From an uncultured Poribacteria bacterium (GTDB taxonomy: Bacteria > Poribacteria > WGA-4E > WGA-3G), in contig CATQHZ020000001.1 of assembly GCA_958296135.2 (NCBI GenBank), positions 1,536,001 to 1,600,000 of the forward strand: DNA of 64,000 nt, given 5' to 3'. The notes below the pieces were generated by a model. That model worked only from the letters and a program-made list of their open reading frames with translations. It was not told where the DNA came from and searched no databases. The position numbers were made by a program, and so were the translations under genes. This document shows, piece after piece, positions 49,252 through 59,045 of this stretch (its first letter is position 1; each line of letters begins with the position of its first letter).

Positions 49252-49479
49252 TGATTATGCCCTCCCTTATGCAATTTATCACAAAGCGTTGACTATATTT
49301 TACCACATTTTGTGGTGTGATGTCAACACATTTTTGCAATTGCCCAATATTGTGCAGCGTCACATAGAGTGTGTCCGTTTCCGTGCAAATGTCGCTGTAT
49401 TTCGCCGTGGCAGGGTTGGCATATAAATTGCAATGCAATTCTTATCAAAACATGTTTCCGAGAAGAGAGAAACTCACTC

Positions 49480-52251
49480 ATGAAAACGCCGCAACTTTCT
49501 ATCTTCATGCTGCTAATGATTTTTGCCGCGCTGCTGCCAACTGCCGCCGCGGATTACACGCAATGGCATTTGCCGGAAGGTGCCACCGCGCGCATCGGTA
49601 AAAGCGCAATAACGGATATTACCTATTCTCCAGATAACATGCGCATAGCAGTGGCGACGACAATCGGTGTCTGGCTCTACAATGCACAGACATACCAAGA
49701 AGTGGCTCTGATTACGGGGCATTCGCGGTTCCTCACGGCGATGGCGTTCTCACCGGATGGGAGGACGTTCGCGACTGCGTGTTACGATGATCCGGTCCAG
49801 ACCTGGGATGCACGCACCGGCCAGCACCTCGCGACGTTCACAAGATATGTCAGCGATGTGAACGCACTCGCCTATTCTCCTGATGGAGAGACGCTCGCTG
49901 TCGCGGATTCTGCGGAAATCCTGCTGTGGAACGCCAAAACCGGCAAACAGCGCGCTGTGCTGCGGGGACATGAGGGCATCGTAAAAATCATCGCCTTCTC
50001 GCCCGATGGGAAAACCTTATTCAGCGTAGGTTGGGACAAAACGATTCGACACTGGGATGCAGGCACAAGCGAAGCCTTGGATGTTACTGAGATAAAACTA
50101 GGCAATATCTCTGATATCGCGCTATCGCCAGACCGGAACCTGCTTGCCAGTACCGAGTATAACGACACAATCGAATGGTGGGCTATGCGAACAGGCCAAC
50201 ATCAAGCGGTTCTCATCGGCCATGAGCGGCGTGTCACTTCCATTCAATTCTCACCTGATGGCAGCCTCTTCGTCAGTGCAGGAAACAGGTGGGACGATGT
50301 TGCGTTTGAGTCTGTCAGTGAGATTCGGGTGTGGAATGCCCATACGGGTGAACACCACGTAACGCTTGATGGGCATCAGCGCGAGGTAAACTCCCTCGCG
50401 TTTTCACCGGATAGCAAAACGCTCGTCAGTGCAAGTTCAACCGAGGTGTTGTTATGGGATACACACACGTGGCAATTGCAAGACACACAGCACCGGTTTC
50501 AAGGACATACGCAGTCGGTTGAGTCCCTTGTTTTCTCACCAGATGGCACCACGCTCGCAAGCGGCATTGGGAACGAAGTCTGGCTGTGGAACGCACAAAC
50601 TGGAAGACTGCGGGATATTCTCGCTGACCATTGGCTGATTGTTGAGTCGTTAACATTCTCACCAGATGGGCAGTTACTTGCCAGTGGGAGTGTAGAGGAA
50701 GCTGTGTTACAGGAAATAGCCACCGGACGATATGTCCCATGGATTAGACTGCCCGGTAACTGGAGTTCCCCTGTCGTATTCTCACCGAATGGACAAACGC
50801 TCGCGATTCGGAGATTTGACGGGCCAATCTGGTTGCGGGATGTAGATACAGGAGCGTTGCAGGTTATTCTTGAAGAGGATAACTATTTGGTTGATGCCTT
50901 AGTCTTTTCGTCTGATGGCAAAACCCTTGCTGGCACAGGCAGAGAGGGGGAGATTTGGCTGTGGGACGCTCAGACTGGCAAACGACACGATACTCTCTAT
51001 GGGCACAGAAATCCTGTCTATTCCCTCAGCTTCTCGCCCGATAGCAAAACCCTCGCCAGCAGCAGTGGAGATCAGACAATTCGGCTGTGGAATGTAGAGA
51101 ACGTAGAAAATGGCCGTTTCAGAAGTTTCCTCAGGGGACATAGCGATGCTGTGCTCTCTGTCGCCTTTTCGCCGGATGGGCACACGCTTGCTAGCGGCAG
51201 TGCCGACGGAACAGTTCGGTTATGGGACACAGGTTCTCCTCGGCACCGCGCCACGCTGAGTGGACAGCCGTATGGTGTGACTTCCGTTGCCTTTTCACCC
51301 GATGGACGCACGCTTGCGAGTGGCAGTTGGGATGGCACAATACTTTTGTGGAAATTGCAGCAGTCTACTGCGGCTTTTGTTCACATCACTCCTTCTCATG
51401 TAGAGGCACCCCCGATTGGCGAGCAGATTCGCGTTGACGTTGACATCGCCGATGGGCAAGACGTGCGCGGCTATCAATTCACCGTGCAGTTTGAGCCCTC
51501 TTCTCTACGCTATATTTCTAGCACCAATAGCGGCTATTTGCCCGGCGACGCATTCTTTGTGCCGCCCATCGTTAACGGGGAGGAGGTAACACTCATATCC
51601 ACTTCTCCTGCCGGTGTCGGCAGCGGCGATGGAACGCTCGCCACACTTACGTTTGAGGTAATTGGAAGAGAAACCTCAACGCTGACACTCACTGAAGTTC
51701 TCCTCTCCGATAGTGAGGGGGAGCCCTCAGCGTCCTTCGTCCAAAACGGGTGGCTCATTGAACCGCCGTGGGATGTTAACTTTGATGGGAGTGTGAACGT
51801 CCAAGATTTAGCAATTGTCGCTGCACATTTCGGAGAAGCGAACGCAGGTGCTGCAGATGTCAACCAGGATGGCGTTGTCGATATCCGGGACCTCGTCGTG
51901 GTTGCCAGTGGGTTGAATGTCGCTAGAGGTGCGGCACCGGAGCAGTTCGTCCTGCCGACAGAAACGGTGCTGTTACCCAATTATCCCAATCCGTTCAATC
52001 CAGAAACGTGGATGCCCTATCGGTTGGCGGTGGGAGCGGATGTCACGCTGACGCTTTATGATGTTCGCGGAAAAGTCGTGCGGCATTTGGCATTGGGCTA
52101 TCAACCTGCTGGCATTTATCAACACCGGAGCCGGGCAGCGTATTGGGATGGGAAAAATGCCATCGGCGAGCCTGTCGCAAGCGGCATCTATTTTTATACC
52201 CTAACGGCAGGGGATTTCAGTGCAACTCAAAAGATGTTGATAAGGAAATGA
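49480..52251 (+). CDS. Secreted double WD40 propeller + cohesin + dockerin + FlgD-Ig C-terminal domain
   Basis: About 14 WD40 repeats, GYQFTVQFEPSSL..GDGTLATLTFEV cohesin-like segment, DVNFDG and DVNQDG, NYPNPFNPETW. Confidence 0.9.
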   Translation: MKTPQLSIFMLLMIFAALLPTAAADYTQWHLPEGATARIGKSAITDITYSPDNMRIAVATTIGVWLYNAQTYQEVALITGHSRFLTAMAFSPDGRTFATACYDDPVQTWDARTGQHLATFTRYVSDVNALAYSPDGETLAVADSAEILLWNAKTGKQRAVLRGHEGIVKIIAFSPDGKTLFSVGWDKTIRHWDAGTSEALDVTEIKLGNISDIALSPDRNLLASTEYNDTIEWWAMRTGQHQAVLIGHERRVTSIQFSPDGSLFVSAGNRWDDVAFESVSEIRVWNAHTGEHHVTLDGHQREVNSLAFSPDSKTLVSASSTEVLLWDTHTWQLQDTQHRFQGHTQSVESLVFSPDGTTLASGIGNEVWLWNAQTGRLRDILADHWLIVESLTFSPDGQLLASGSVEEAVLQEIATGRYVPWIRLPGNWSSPVVFSPNGQTLAIRRFDGPIWLRDVDTGALQVILEEDNYLVDALVFSSDGKTLAGTGREGEIWLWDAQTGKRHDTLYGHRNPVYSLSFSPDSKTLASSSGDQTIRLWNVENVENGRFRSFLRGHSDAVLSVAFSPDGHTLASGSADGTVRLWDTGSPRHRATLSGQPYGVTSVAFSPDGRTLASGSWDGTILLWKLQQSTAAFVHITPSHVEAPPIGEQIRVDVDIADGQDVRGYQFTVQFEPSSLRYISSTNSGYLPGDAFFVPPIVNGEEVTLISTSPAGVGSGDGTLATLTFEVIGRETSTLTLTEVLLSDSEGEPSASFVQNGWLIEPPWDVNFDGSVNVQDLAIVAAHFGEANAGAADVNQDGVVDIRDLVVVASGLNVARGAAPEQFVLPTETVLLPNYPNPFNPETWMPYRLAVGADVTLTLYDVRGKVVRHLALGYQPAGIYQHRSRAAYWDGKNAIGEPVASGIYFYTLTAGDFSATQKMLIRK

Positions 52252-52319
52252 ACCTATGAAGATTCAGAAAAGAAATAGGGTTTTTGGCAGGAGGCTTGCG
52301 CCGTAATTCCCTTGGAACA

Positions 52320-52520
52320 GAGGGCGGGGCCTGTCCCCGGCGTGCACCGTAGTCCGGCGAGGGGAACCCTCGGCGATTCGTGATCGCCGGGCCCTCGCCC
52401 TACGTTTCTGTGGGATGGTTACTGAAGGCCCCGGCTATAATTGTAGGAGAGCCCTCCCGGTCGCGATTCCTCCCGGTAGGAGAGCCCTCCCGGTCTTGAT
52501 ATGGAACCGAGGTCTCCTAT
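52320..52520. repeat. REP cluster (families A and B)
   Basis: GTAGGAGAGCCCTCCCGGTC twice; CCCTCGCCCTAC. Confidence 0.8.
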
Positions 52521-52526
52521 GAAATG

Positions 52527-53309
52527 CTATTGGGATGCCCCGAGGTTGACGTAATCGCCTCGCAACTCAAAGAGGAGCGTGCTCACGCTGCTCGCCCGGT
52601 TCGGCAACTCCGCATTAATAGCCTTCACTACCTCTAACTCTTGGTAAGTGTTTGCGTCTTCAATGCTGTCGAATTCAGATTCAACGAACCGGTGTGGCGA
52701 TTCACCGTAGTAGTTATCGTAAGAGGCGACGCGCTTGAGTTGTTCCGGTTCAGACGATTTCGGTGCCAAGGTCGCGATCCAGTCCAGATATGCGGCTTTG
52801 CCACCGAGCGGATAGTTGATGAGGTAGACTGTCTTAATCGTGCGGCTTGTCTCCAGTGCCTTCGTGTAATCCGAACGCTGGATGAAAAAGTAGACGTTCG
52901 ATTCACTGGTGTGGTCCGGTAGTGCAGCAAGGATTTCGGCAATCTCCGGACGATTCATGTAGTGCATCGCGTCGGCGAGATTTGCGAATTCAAACTCAAC
53001 GAGTCGATGCGGGGCCTCACCGTAGTAGTTGTCGTAAGAGGCGACGCGTTGGAGCTCTTCCGGGGCGGAGATGACTGGCACGACCGTCGCGACCCAGGCG
53101 AGATACGCCTCTTTCCCACCGAGCGGATAGTTGACGAACAATACCACTTTGGCAGGGGGCCCTTCCATCTCCGGTACAGCCGCTTCAACGCCCGGGTCTG
53201 CCGGCTGCATGGCTGTGCCTGTGATAACTTGCTGTGCTGAATCACAGCCGATGAAAGCCACCAAGACGGTGAGTATCAGCAGTGTTCCTAACTTCAATGT
53301 TGTTTGCAT
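52527..53309 (-). CDS. Lipoprotein with two tandem EthD-like alpha/beta barrel domains
   Basis: Lipobox FIGC; duplicated NYPLGGKxAYLxW..RVASYDNYYGE.PHR. Confidence 0.7.
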   Translation of the reverse strand: MQTTLKLGTLLILTVLVAFIGCDSAQQVITGTAMQPADPGVEAAVPEMEGPPAKVVLFVNYPLGGKEAYLAWVATVVPVISAPEELQRVASYDNYYGEAPHRLVEFEFANLADAMHYMNRPEIAEILAALPDHTSESNVYFFIQRSDYTKALETSRTIKTVYLINYPLGGKAAYLDWIATLAPKSSEPEQLKRVASYDNYYGESPHRFVESEFDSIEDANTYQELEVVKAINAELPNRASSVSTLLFELRGDYVNLGASQ

Positions 53310-53450
53310 ATTAGATTCCTTATTAAGATTAAAATGAGGATAGGGAGCACTCGGCGGGCTGCGCGCGAGCGCGCCTACCGATAATAATAGATTTGCTCCG
53401 TTATAGACGTTTAAAGTTTATCATATCATCTGATAAAATGCAATCGTATT

Positions 53451-53993
53451 TTACGATTTCCAGATTTTCTCCGGGGCCTCCAAGCGATGATTCACCACGC
53501 GCGCCAGCACGAACAACAGATCCGAGAGCCGATTGAGGTAACGGATGGCTTCAGGATTAACCAATTCTTCATTCACCAGGCGCACAACACAACGTTCGCT
53601 TCGGCGGCACACAGTGCGCGCGATATGCAAAACCGCGCCACTCGGACAACCGCCCGGCAGGATAAAATTTGTCAGCGGCGGCAGTTCCGCCGAAATCTTG
53701 TCAATCGCTTCCTCCATCTCTATTGTGAAATCCGCGGAGATACGCAGCTCGGCTGACTTGGTATGAGTCACCGGTGTCGCCAAATCCGCGCCTAACGAAA
53801 AAAGATGGTTCTGAATTTTCGCGAGGAGCTCGGAAACGTCGGCGTTTGCAAGCAACGTTTGTGCATAGCCGATGTAGGCGTTGAGTTCATCAACCGCGCC
53901 GATTGCTTCGATGCGTAGCGCATCCTTCCGGGTCCGCGTGCCGCCGTAGAGCGCGGTATCGCCTGCATCCCCAAATTTTGTATAGATTTTCAT
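53451..53993 (-). CDS. pduO: PduO-type cob(I)alamin adenosyltransferase
   Basis: KIYTKFGDAG, GAVDELN, FILPGG, ARTVCRRSER, YLNRLSDLLF. Confidence 0.93.
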   Translation of the reverse strand: MKIYTKFGDAGDTALYGGTRTRKDALRIEAIGAVDELNAYIGYAQTLLANADVSELLAKIQNHLFSLGADLATPVTHTKSAELRISADFTIEMEEAIDKISAELPPLTNFILPGGCPSGAVLHIARTVCRRSERCVVRLVNEELVNPEAIRYLNRLSDLLFVLARVVNHRLEAPEKIWKS

Positions 53994-54073
53994 GTCGGTT
54001 TAGTTTATACTCTTTTAAAAAAGTCAAGAAATCGGGACCGGGAGGTCCCTCCTACAGCTTGGGAGTCAAACGC

Positions 54074-55405
54074 ATGATGCAGACTGTGATTGAAAACGTC
54101 AACGTCGTCGATTTGCGCGTGCCGACATCGGATACGCTGCTGGGTTCCGATCCGTTTCACAAAAAACCGAACTATTCCGCTGTGCTTACAACGCTAGAAA
54201 CGAACACGGGACACACCGGTATCTCTGTCGCCTTTACTGCTGGCGCAGGCAACGACTGGATTGCCTACGGTGTTCGAGACCTCGGGCAACTGCTGAGCGG
54301 CATGTCTCTTGATACCTTCGTCAATGACCCGGGTGAGTTCCATCGGCTTCTCATCGATCATCATCAGTTACGCTGGCTTGCCGACGGTGTCAACCGCATG
54401 GCGGCGGGAAGCGTCGTTAATGCAATGTGGGATTTGTGGGCAAAACACGCCGAAAAGCCGATGTGGAAACTTCTCGTGGATTTGCCACCGGAAAAGATTG
54501 TCCAGTGCATCGATTGGCGGTATCTCCGAGATGCCCTCACTCCCGATGAGGCACTCCAAATTCTCAATGGTAACCGGGGTGGCACGCGCCAGCGCGAACA
54601 AGCACTCCAGCAATCCGGCCCGAAGGCATATTCCACGGCCGGCTGGCTCGGCTTAACCGATGCACAGATTATTGAGACGGTGAACCAGGTCAAAGCACTC
54701 GGTTTTGACTGCTTCAAAATGAAGGTTGGCCAAGAACTCGGGTTTGATAAGCGGCGGCTCGCCTTTATTCGGGAGGCAATCGGCGAGGAGGCGCGCTTAA
54801 TGCTGGATGCCAACCAGATCTGGGGTGTTGACGAAGCCATCGCCTACATGGAAGAATTAACGGCGTTCAACCCGACATGGATCGAAGAGCCTACCGCGCG
54901 CGACGATGTGCTCGGCTTTGTGAAGATTTCGCGTGCGTTAGAAAAACACGGCATCGGTGTCGCGGCGGGAGAGCAGGTGCCGTCGCCTGTCGTCTTCAAG
55001 CAGTTGCTCACCAGCGGTGGCATCCAGTATTGCCAGATCGATGCGACGCGTCTTGCCGGCGTGAACGACGTGTTGGCAATCATTTTAATTGCCGCGAAGT
55101 TTGGCGTGCCGGTCTGTCCGCACGGCGGCGGCATCGGGCTCTGCAACATGATCCAACACTATGCAATGTGGGATCAGATTTGCGTTTCGGCGCGCTCTGA
55201 TACACAGGTTGTAGAATACTTAAACTTCCTGCAAGAGGACGTTTTTCTTGAACCGATTCAGGTTCAGCAAGGTGCGTACGTCGCGCCGACTGCCCCTGGC
55301 TGGGGACTTGAGATGCACGCGGAATTCGTCGCCGCGCATACGTATCCAAGCGGTTCGGTCTGGCGGGGCCGCGAGGCATCGGGAGGTGTGACGTTTTTGG
55401 CATAG
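54074..55405 (+). CDS. L-fuconate dehydratase-like enolase-superfamily enzyme
   Basis: GSDPFH..PNYSA, QLRWL, AGWLG, KMKVG, DANQ, WIEEP, CPHGGGIGLC. Confidence 0.88.
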   Translation: MMQTVIENVNVVDLRVPTSDTLLGSDPFHKKPNYSAVLTTLETNTGHTGISVAFTAGAGNDWIAYGVRDLGQLLSGMSLDTFVNDPGEFHRLLIDHHQLRWLADGVNRMAAGSVVNAMWDLWAKHAEKPMWKLLVDLPPEKIVQCIDWRYLRDALTPDEALQILNGNRGGTRQREQALQQSGPKAYSTAGWLGLTDAQIIETVNQVKALGFDCFKMKVGQELGFDKRRLAFIREAIGEEARLMLDANQIWGVDEAIAYMEELTAFNPTWIEEPTARDDVLGFVKISRALEKHGIGVAAGEQVPSPVVFKQLLTSGGIQYCQIDATRLAGVNDVLAIILIAAKFGVPVCPHGGGIGLCNMIQHYAMWDQICVSARSDTQVVEYLNFLQEDVFLEPIQVQQGAYVAPTAPGWGLEMHAEFVAAHTYPSGSVWRGREASGGVTFLA

Positions 55406-55413
55406 TCAAGCTG

Positions 55414-56172
55414 TCACAGTTTGGCACTTTCTGCGGCGCATTTATATGCCGCCGCGCCGGACGCTATCCAGTTACCAACGCCTGTCATCAGAAACCGAAC
55501 GCCGGCCTGCACATATTTTTCGACGGTGGCATTCGTCGTCAGTGTCCCTGCGACGCGTCCCGCTGCTTGGATACGCGCGAGCGTCTCATCAAGCGTGCTT
55601 TGCACATCAGGATGTTCATAGTTGCCGATGTGCCCCATGGAAGTTGCCAAATCAGACGGCGCGACGAAGAAAACGTCAATATGCTCTACGGTGAGAATCT
55701 CGTCTAAATTGTTAACGGCGGCAATATCCTCAACGAGGACGACGATAAGTGTCTGCGAATTCGCTTCCGCGAAATAGTTGTCCACGCCGTAGCCTTGCCG
55801 ACTCGTATACATCCCGCGATGCCCGAGCGGCGCGAACTTCGCGCCATCAACGACGTTTTGTGCCTCCGCCTTCGTGTTGACATGCGGCATCGCGATGCCC
55901 ATCGCGCCGCAATCCAGCGTGCGGTAGATAAGCCCCTGGTCATTCCGATTGACGCGCACGAGGGATGTCATTCCCCACAAATCGCAGGCGCGCGTCAAAT
56001 CGCCGAGTTGCGCGGGGCCTACGTGGGCGTGTTCGCCTTCTAACCACACGCCGTCAAATCCGACCGGTCCGAAAGCGTCGATGTCGTCGGCGTTCGTCAG
56101 GCCGGAGACGACGTATGCGAGTTCGCCGGTTGCTAGTTTCTGCTTAATTCGATTCGGTCTGAGTGTTGCCAT
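55414..56172 (-). CDS. HpcH/HpaI aldolase family protein
   Basis: EGEH, LDCGAMGIAMPHV, FAPLGHRG, VAPSDL. Confidence 0.9.
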   Translation of the reverse strand: MATLRPNRIKQKLATGELAYVVSGLTNADDIDAFGPVGFDGVWLEGEHAHVGPAQLGDLTRACDLWGMTSLVRVNRNDQGLIYRTLDCGAMGIAMPHVNTKAEAQNVVDGAKFAPLGHRGMYTSRQGYGVDNYFAEANSQTLIVVLVEDIAAVNNLDEILTVEHIDVFFVAPSDLATSMGHIGNYEHPDVQSTLDETLARIQAAGRVAGTLTTNATVEKYVQAGVRFLMTGVGNWIASGAAAYKCAAESAKL

Positions 56173-56213
56173 AAATTCCCCCTGTCAATTATGGGAGCGT
56201 GATGAGGAAACTG

Positions 56214-57212
56214 TTATTCTTCATTTTCCTCTTCGGGTTGCCAATCGTTGGCATTGAGGTTCTGGATACGCGGCCTGAACACCCTATCAAAAAGTTCAAG
56301 TTTCTCGGCGAGCCAAGCGTGCTGATTTGGCCAGTCAGCTTCGTCGGTTGGGTCTATGTTATGTCTGTTTAAGACTACAGCATTAGACTCCTCTATCCAC
56401 TCAAGTTGTACGTCTTCACACAACTCGCTGATTTCGTCCTCAATTTCCGCTTGATTTACCATCAAAAGGTTGAAATGTGCTGAGGTGTTTGGCCCGAACA
56501 TGTCAAGGCGGACGACTAACCGATTCCCTAACGTGCTCATTAAGGCCTTCAACCTAAACCCAGCTCTGCCGATAGGAAAAAACACGAAGCCTACCGAAAC
56601 AGGATTGGGAGCATTGATCTGGCGATTTGTCTGATTCACGTGTTCGCCGAATGCAGTCCAGAATCTTTGCCGGAGTAGTGGAGGTCCAGATAACTCTTCG
56701 CTCCCGGCTCGTTGCACGCTCTGACTCACAGCACGGCTCCAATTATTGGGTATGGAAACGATATTGAATTTCGGGGCGGCGCGCGAATCTCCGATTCTCC
56801 ACAGTTCAATTTCCACGCCGAAGTACCGATAGCGTTCATCCGTAATCGCGTTCTGTCTGTCAAGAACTGCGCGGTGCTCATCCCTGAAATTCTTTGCAAT
56901 CCAGACGACGGTAGCTGCATCTAACCCTGTCATATACTCCAAGAGTCGCCCAAGGTGATTAGAGTCCGTTTCTTCTAACTGATTCTCTATTATCACCTGT
57001 GAGTCGTCCTCCGTACTACGGCACAGAAGATCGACAATGCCGCCAAATCCGAGTCTTACCTCACGTCCTTCAAGCTCAAGTTCCATGTCCAGCGTTTTCG
57101 CAAGGATAGATAGGTTTTCTTCCTCAGCCAACCACGGTGTAAAGTCTGTCGCTTCGTTAGGCCAGACCTCTCGTAATTCAACTCGCTCAAGGCGACCAAG
57201 TTCGTTATACAT
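56214..57212 (-). CDS. DUF4268-domain protein with N-terminal nuclease-like domain, paralog 1
   Basis: WPNEATDFTPWL, VDLL..IIENQL, C-terminal WPNQHAWLAE. Confidence 0.8.
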   Translation of the reverse strand: MYNELGRLERVELREVWPNEATDFTPWLAEEENLSILAKTLDMELELEGREVRLGFGGIVDLLCRSTEDDSQVIIENQLEETDSNHLGRLLEYMTGLDAATVVWIAKNFRDEHRAVLDRQNAITDERYRYFGVEIELWRIGDSRAAPKFNIVSIPNNWSRAVSQSVQRAGSEELSGPPLLRQRFWTAFGEHVNQTNRQINAPNPVSVGFVFFPIGRAGFRLKALMSTLGNRLVVRLDMFGPNTSAHFNLLMVNQAEIEDEISELCEDVQLEWIEESNAVVLNRHNIDPTDEADWPNQHAWLAEKLELFDRVFRPRIQNLNANDWQPEEENEE

Positions 57213-57308
57213 TAGGTGTTAGGTTCTCCTTTGGAATATCGTAAAAGCGATCTGATAACCGCTACATCTATTATAGCATAAATCGCGAATTTTTTGCTAA
57301 TTATTTTT

Positions 57309-58286
57309 CTAGAAAACTGTCCCTTTAACCGTAGGGCGAGGGCCTGAGACGGTTTCTTCACAAATGCGCGGGACGAAGACTGCTGTGAACCGTTCAAGCA
57401 TCTCGGCGAGCCAAGCGTGCTGATTTTGCCACTCCGTTTCGTCCGTTGGATCGGTGTCGTCCTTGCGCAAGGTGACGCGGCACGGATTTTGTCCAAACGA
57501 TTCTGTCCATTCCAGTGCCGCGCCGATTTCGCGTTCGATCTCCTCTCGCTGCGCTATCAGTTGATGGAAGTGCGCAGCGGCAGTCGGCCCGGAAATATAG
57601 AGCCGAACGCCGATGTGTCGCTTTTTCACCTCCCGCATCGCCGATAATTTGAAACCGGGGATGCCGAGGAGGAAGATGAGATAGGAACGTGGCGGCATCT
57701 TCATTGGCTTGAGAGGACTTTTTGTTTCGGTGAGATATGCGCGGAAATCGTGCCAGAATTTTTCACGTTGTTGCTGCGGCGTGGATGGGACGATGAAATG
57801 TGCATCGGTTGGCATCGCGGGGCCGCTCCAGTCTTCTGGTGCAGAGACGACGGTAAATTCTGGCATCGGGAGTGACTCTCCACGCTGCCACACGGCGATA
57901 ACGACACCGAAGAATTGGAAGCGTTCCGGTGTCATCTCATTGAGCCAGTTAAGAGCAGCGAGGTGTTCATCCGTGAATTCTGTCGAGATCCAGACGATGG
58001 TGGCCGCTTCCAATCCGGCGGTGTATGTTAGGATTTGGCCGAGGTGCGTGTGGTCTGTCGCTTCCAACTGGTTTTCGATGAGCACACGTGTGTTGTCAGC
58101 GCGGTTGCGGCACAGGATGTCGGCCCGAAATTGTCCGACGTTTTTCTCCTGTGCCTCAAATTGGAGTTCTATGTCCAATGCCTCGGCGAGGATGGCGAGG
58201 TTTTCCGGCTTGGCGAGCCAGGGGGTGAAGTCTTTTGCTTCGTCGGGCCAGATATCGCGTGGATTTAGGCGGATAGGTTCTAGCAT
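57309..58286 (-). CDS. DUF4268-domain protein, paralog 2
   Basis: WPDEAKDFTPWL, ADIL..LIENQLEATDHTHLGQ, WQNQHAWLAE. Confidence 0.8.
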   Translation of the reverse strand: MLEPIRLNPRDIWPDEAKDFTPWLAKPENLAILAEALDIELQFEAQEKNVGQFRADILCRNRADNTRVLIENQLEATDHTHLGQILTYTAGLEAATIVWISTEFTDEHLAALNWLNEMTPERFQFFGVVIAVWQRGESLPMPEFTVVSAPEDWSGPAMPTDAHFIVPSTPQQQREKFWHDFRAYLTETKSPLKPMKMPPRSYLIFLLGIPGFKLSAMREVKKRHIGVRLYISGPTAAAHFHQLIAQREEIEREIGAALEWTESFGQNPCRVTLRKDDTDPTDETEWQNQHAWLAEMLERFTAVFVPRICEETVSGPRPTVKGTVF

Positions 58287-58340
58287 TAGACTTTAAATCC
58301 TTTATTTCACTTTGCCAAGGTCTTGAGAATCCGTTTTCCA

Positions 58341-58985
58341 TCAAGCGTTATCGCCTTGGTCAATGCTCCTAAGTAACAACATGCCCAAGGCAGTAATTTG
58401 AGAAGACCCGGCCTTCATCATACCCGTCCGCTTGAGCAACCCTAAGCGGACGAGATTCACTTTGTGAGTCTCATAAATCGCGCCTTTATCAATCACTTCT
58501 TGTGGTGATCCCAGATGCACGATCGGCGGAGTTAAGGCATCTTGATGTTTTCTCCGAAACTCCTGCTGCTGAGCGATGCCCATCGAGTAAGATTTCAAGA
58601 TCAACACCTCAATGTCGCTTAGTTCGCCAAGCAGAAACAGCAACCGTTTACACGCGATATGTTCTAAATCTTCGGCGGTTAAACTTTTCTTTAGCAGGGA
58701 GGCAATGTGGTCGATCCGTTCGTCTGATAGCGCGCGTGCTGCCAGAAGAAACCCGTCTTCCATTAAATCGACAGACTTCTCCTCAAGGATCCTTTCCTCG
58801 ACCTTAGCCCTCTCTTCTGCGTCAATTTTTAGTTCAAGGGCTTTGAGAAGAGATGCGATTCTGTCAATTCTCTGATTGGGAATCAGGTTTCCAACGATTT
58901 CCCCGGCCAAGGGGCCCACAAAGGGGATTGCGCCGAAGAATCCCTTTCCAAGAATTGCAGCTATATCGTTCTTGTTATGGTCCAT
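58341..58985 (-). CDS. Hypothetical defence-island protein (possibly Abi-alpha/DUF4393-like)
   Basis: GAIPFVGPLAGEI N-terminus; NLVRLGLL..ITALG wHTH-like C-terminus. Confidence 0.55.
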   Translation of the reverse strand: MDHNKNDIAAILGKGFFGAIPFVGPLAGEIVGNLIPNQRIDRIASLLKALELKIDAEERAKVEERILEEKSVDLMEDGFLLAARALSDERIDHIASLLKKSLTAEDLEHIACKRLLFLLGELSDIEVLILKSYSMGIAQQQEFRRKHQDALTPPIVHLGSPQEVIDKGAIYETHKVNLVRLGLLKRTGMMKAGSSQITALGMLLLRSIDQGDNA

Positions 58986-59045
58986 TATTTTCTCCGTTTA
59001 ACAATCTGCGGATTTGCCCGACAACAAAGTTCCTTATGAACCGTT

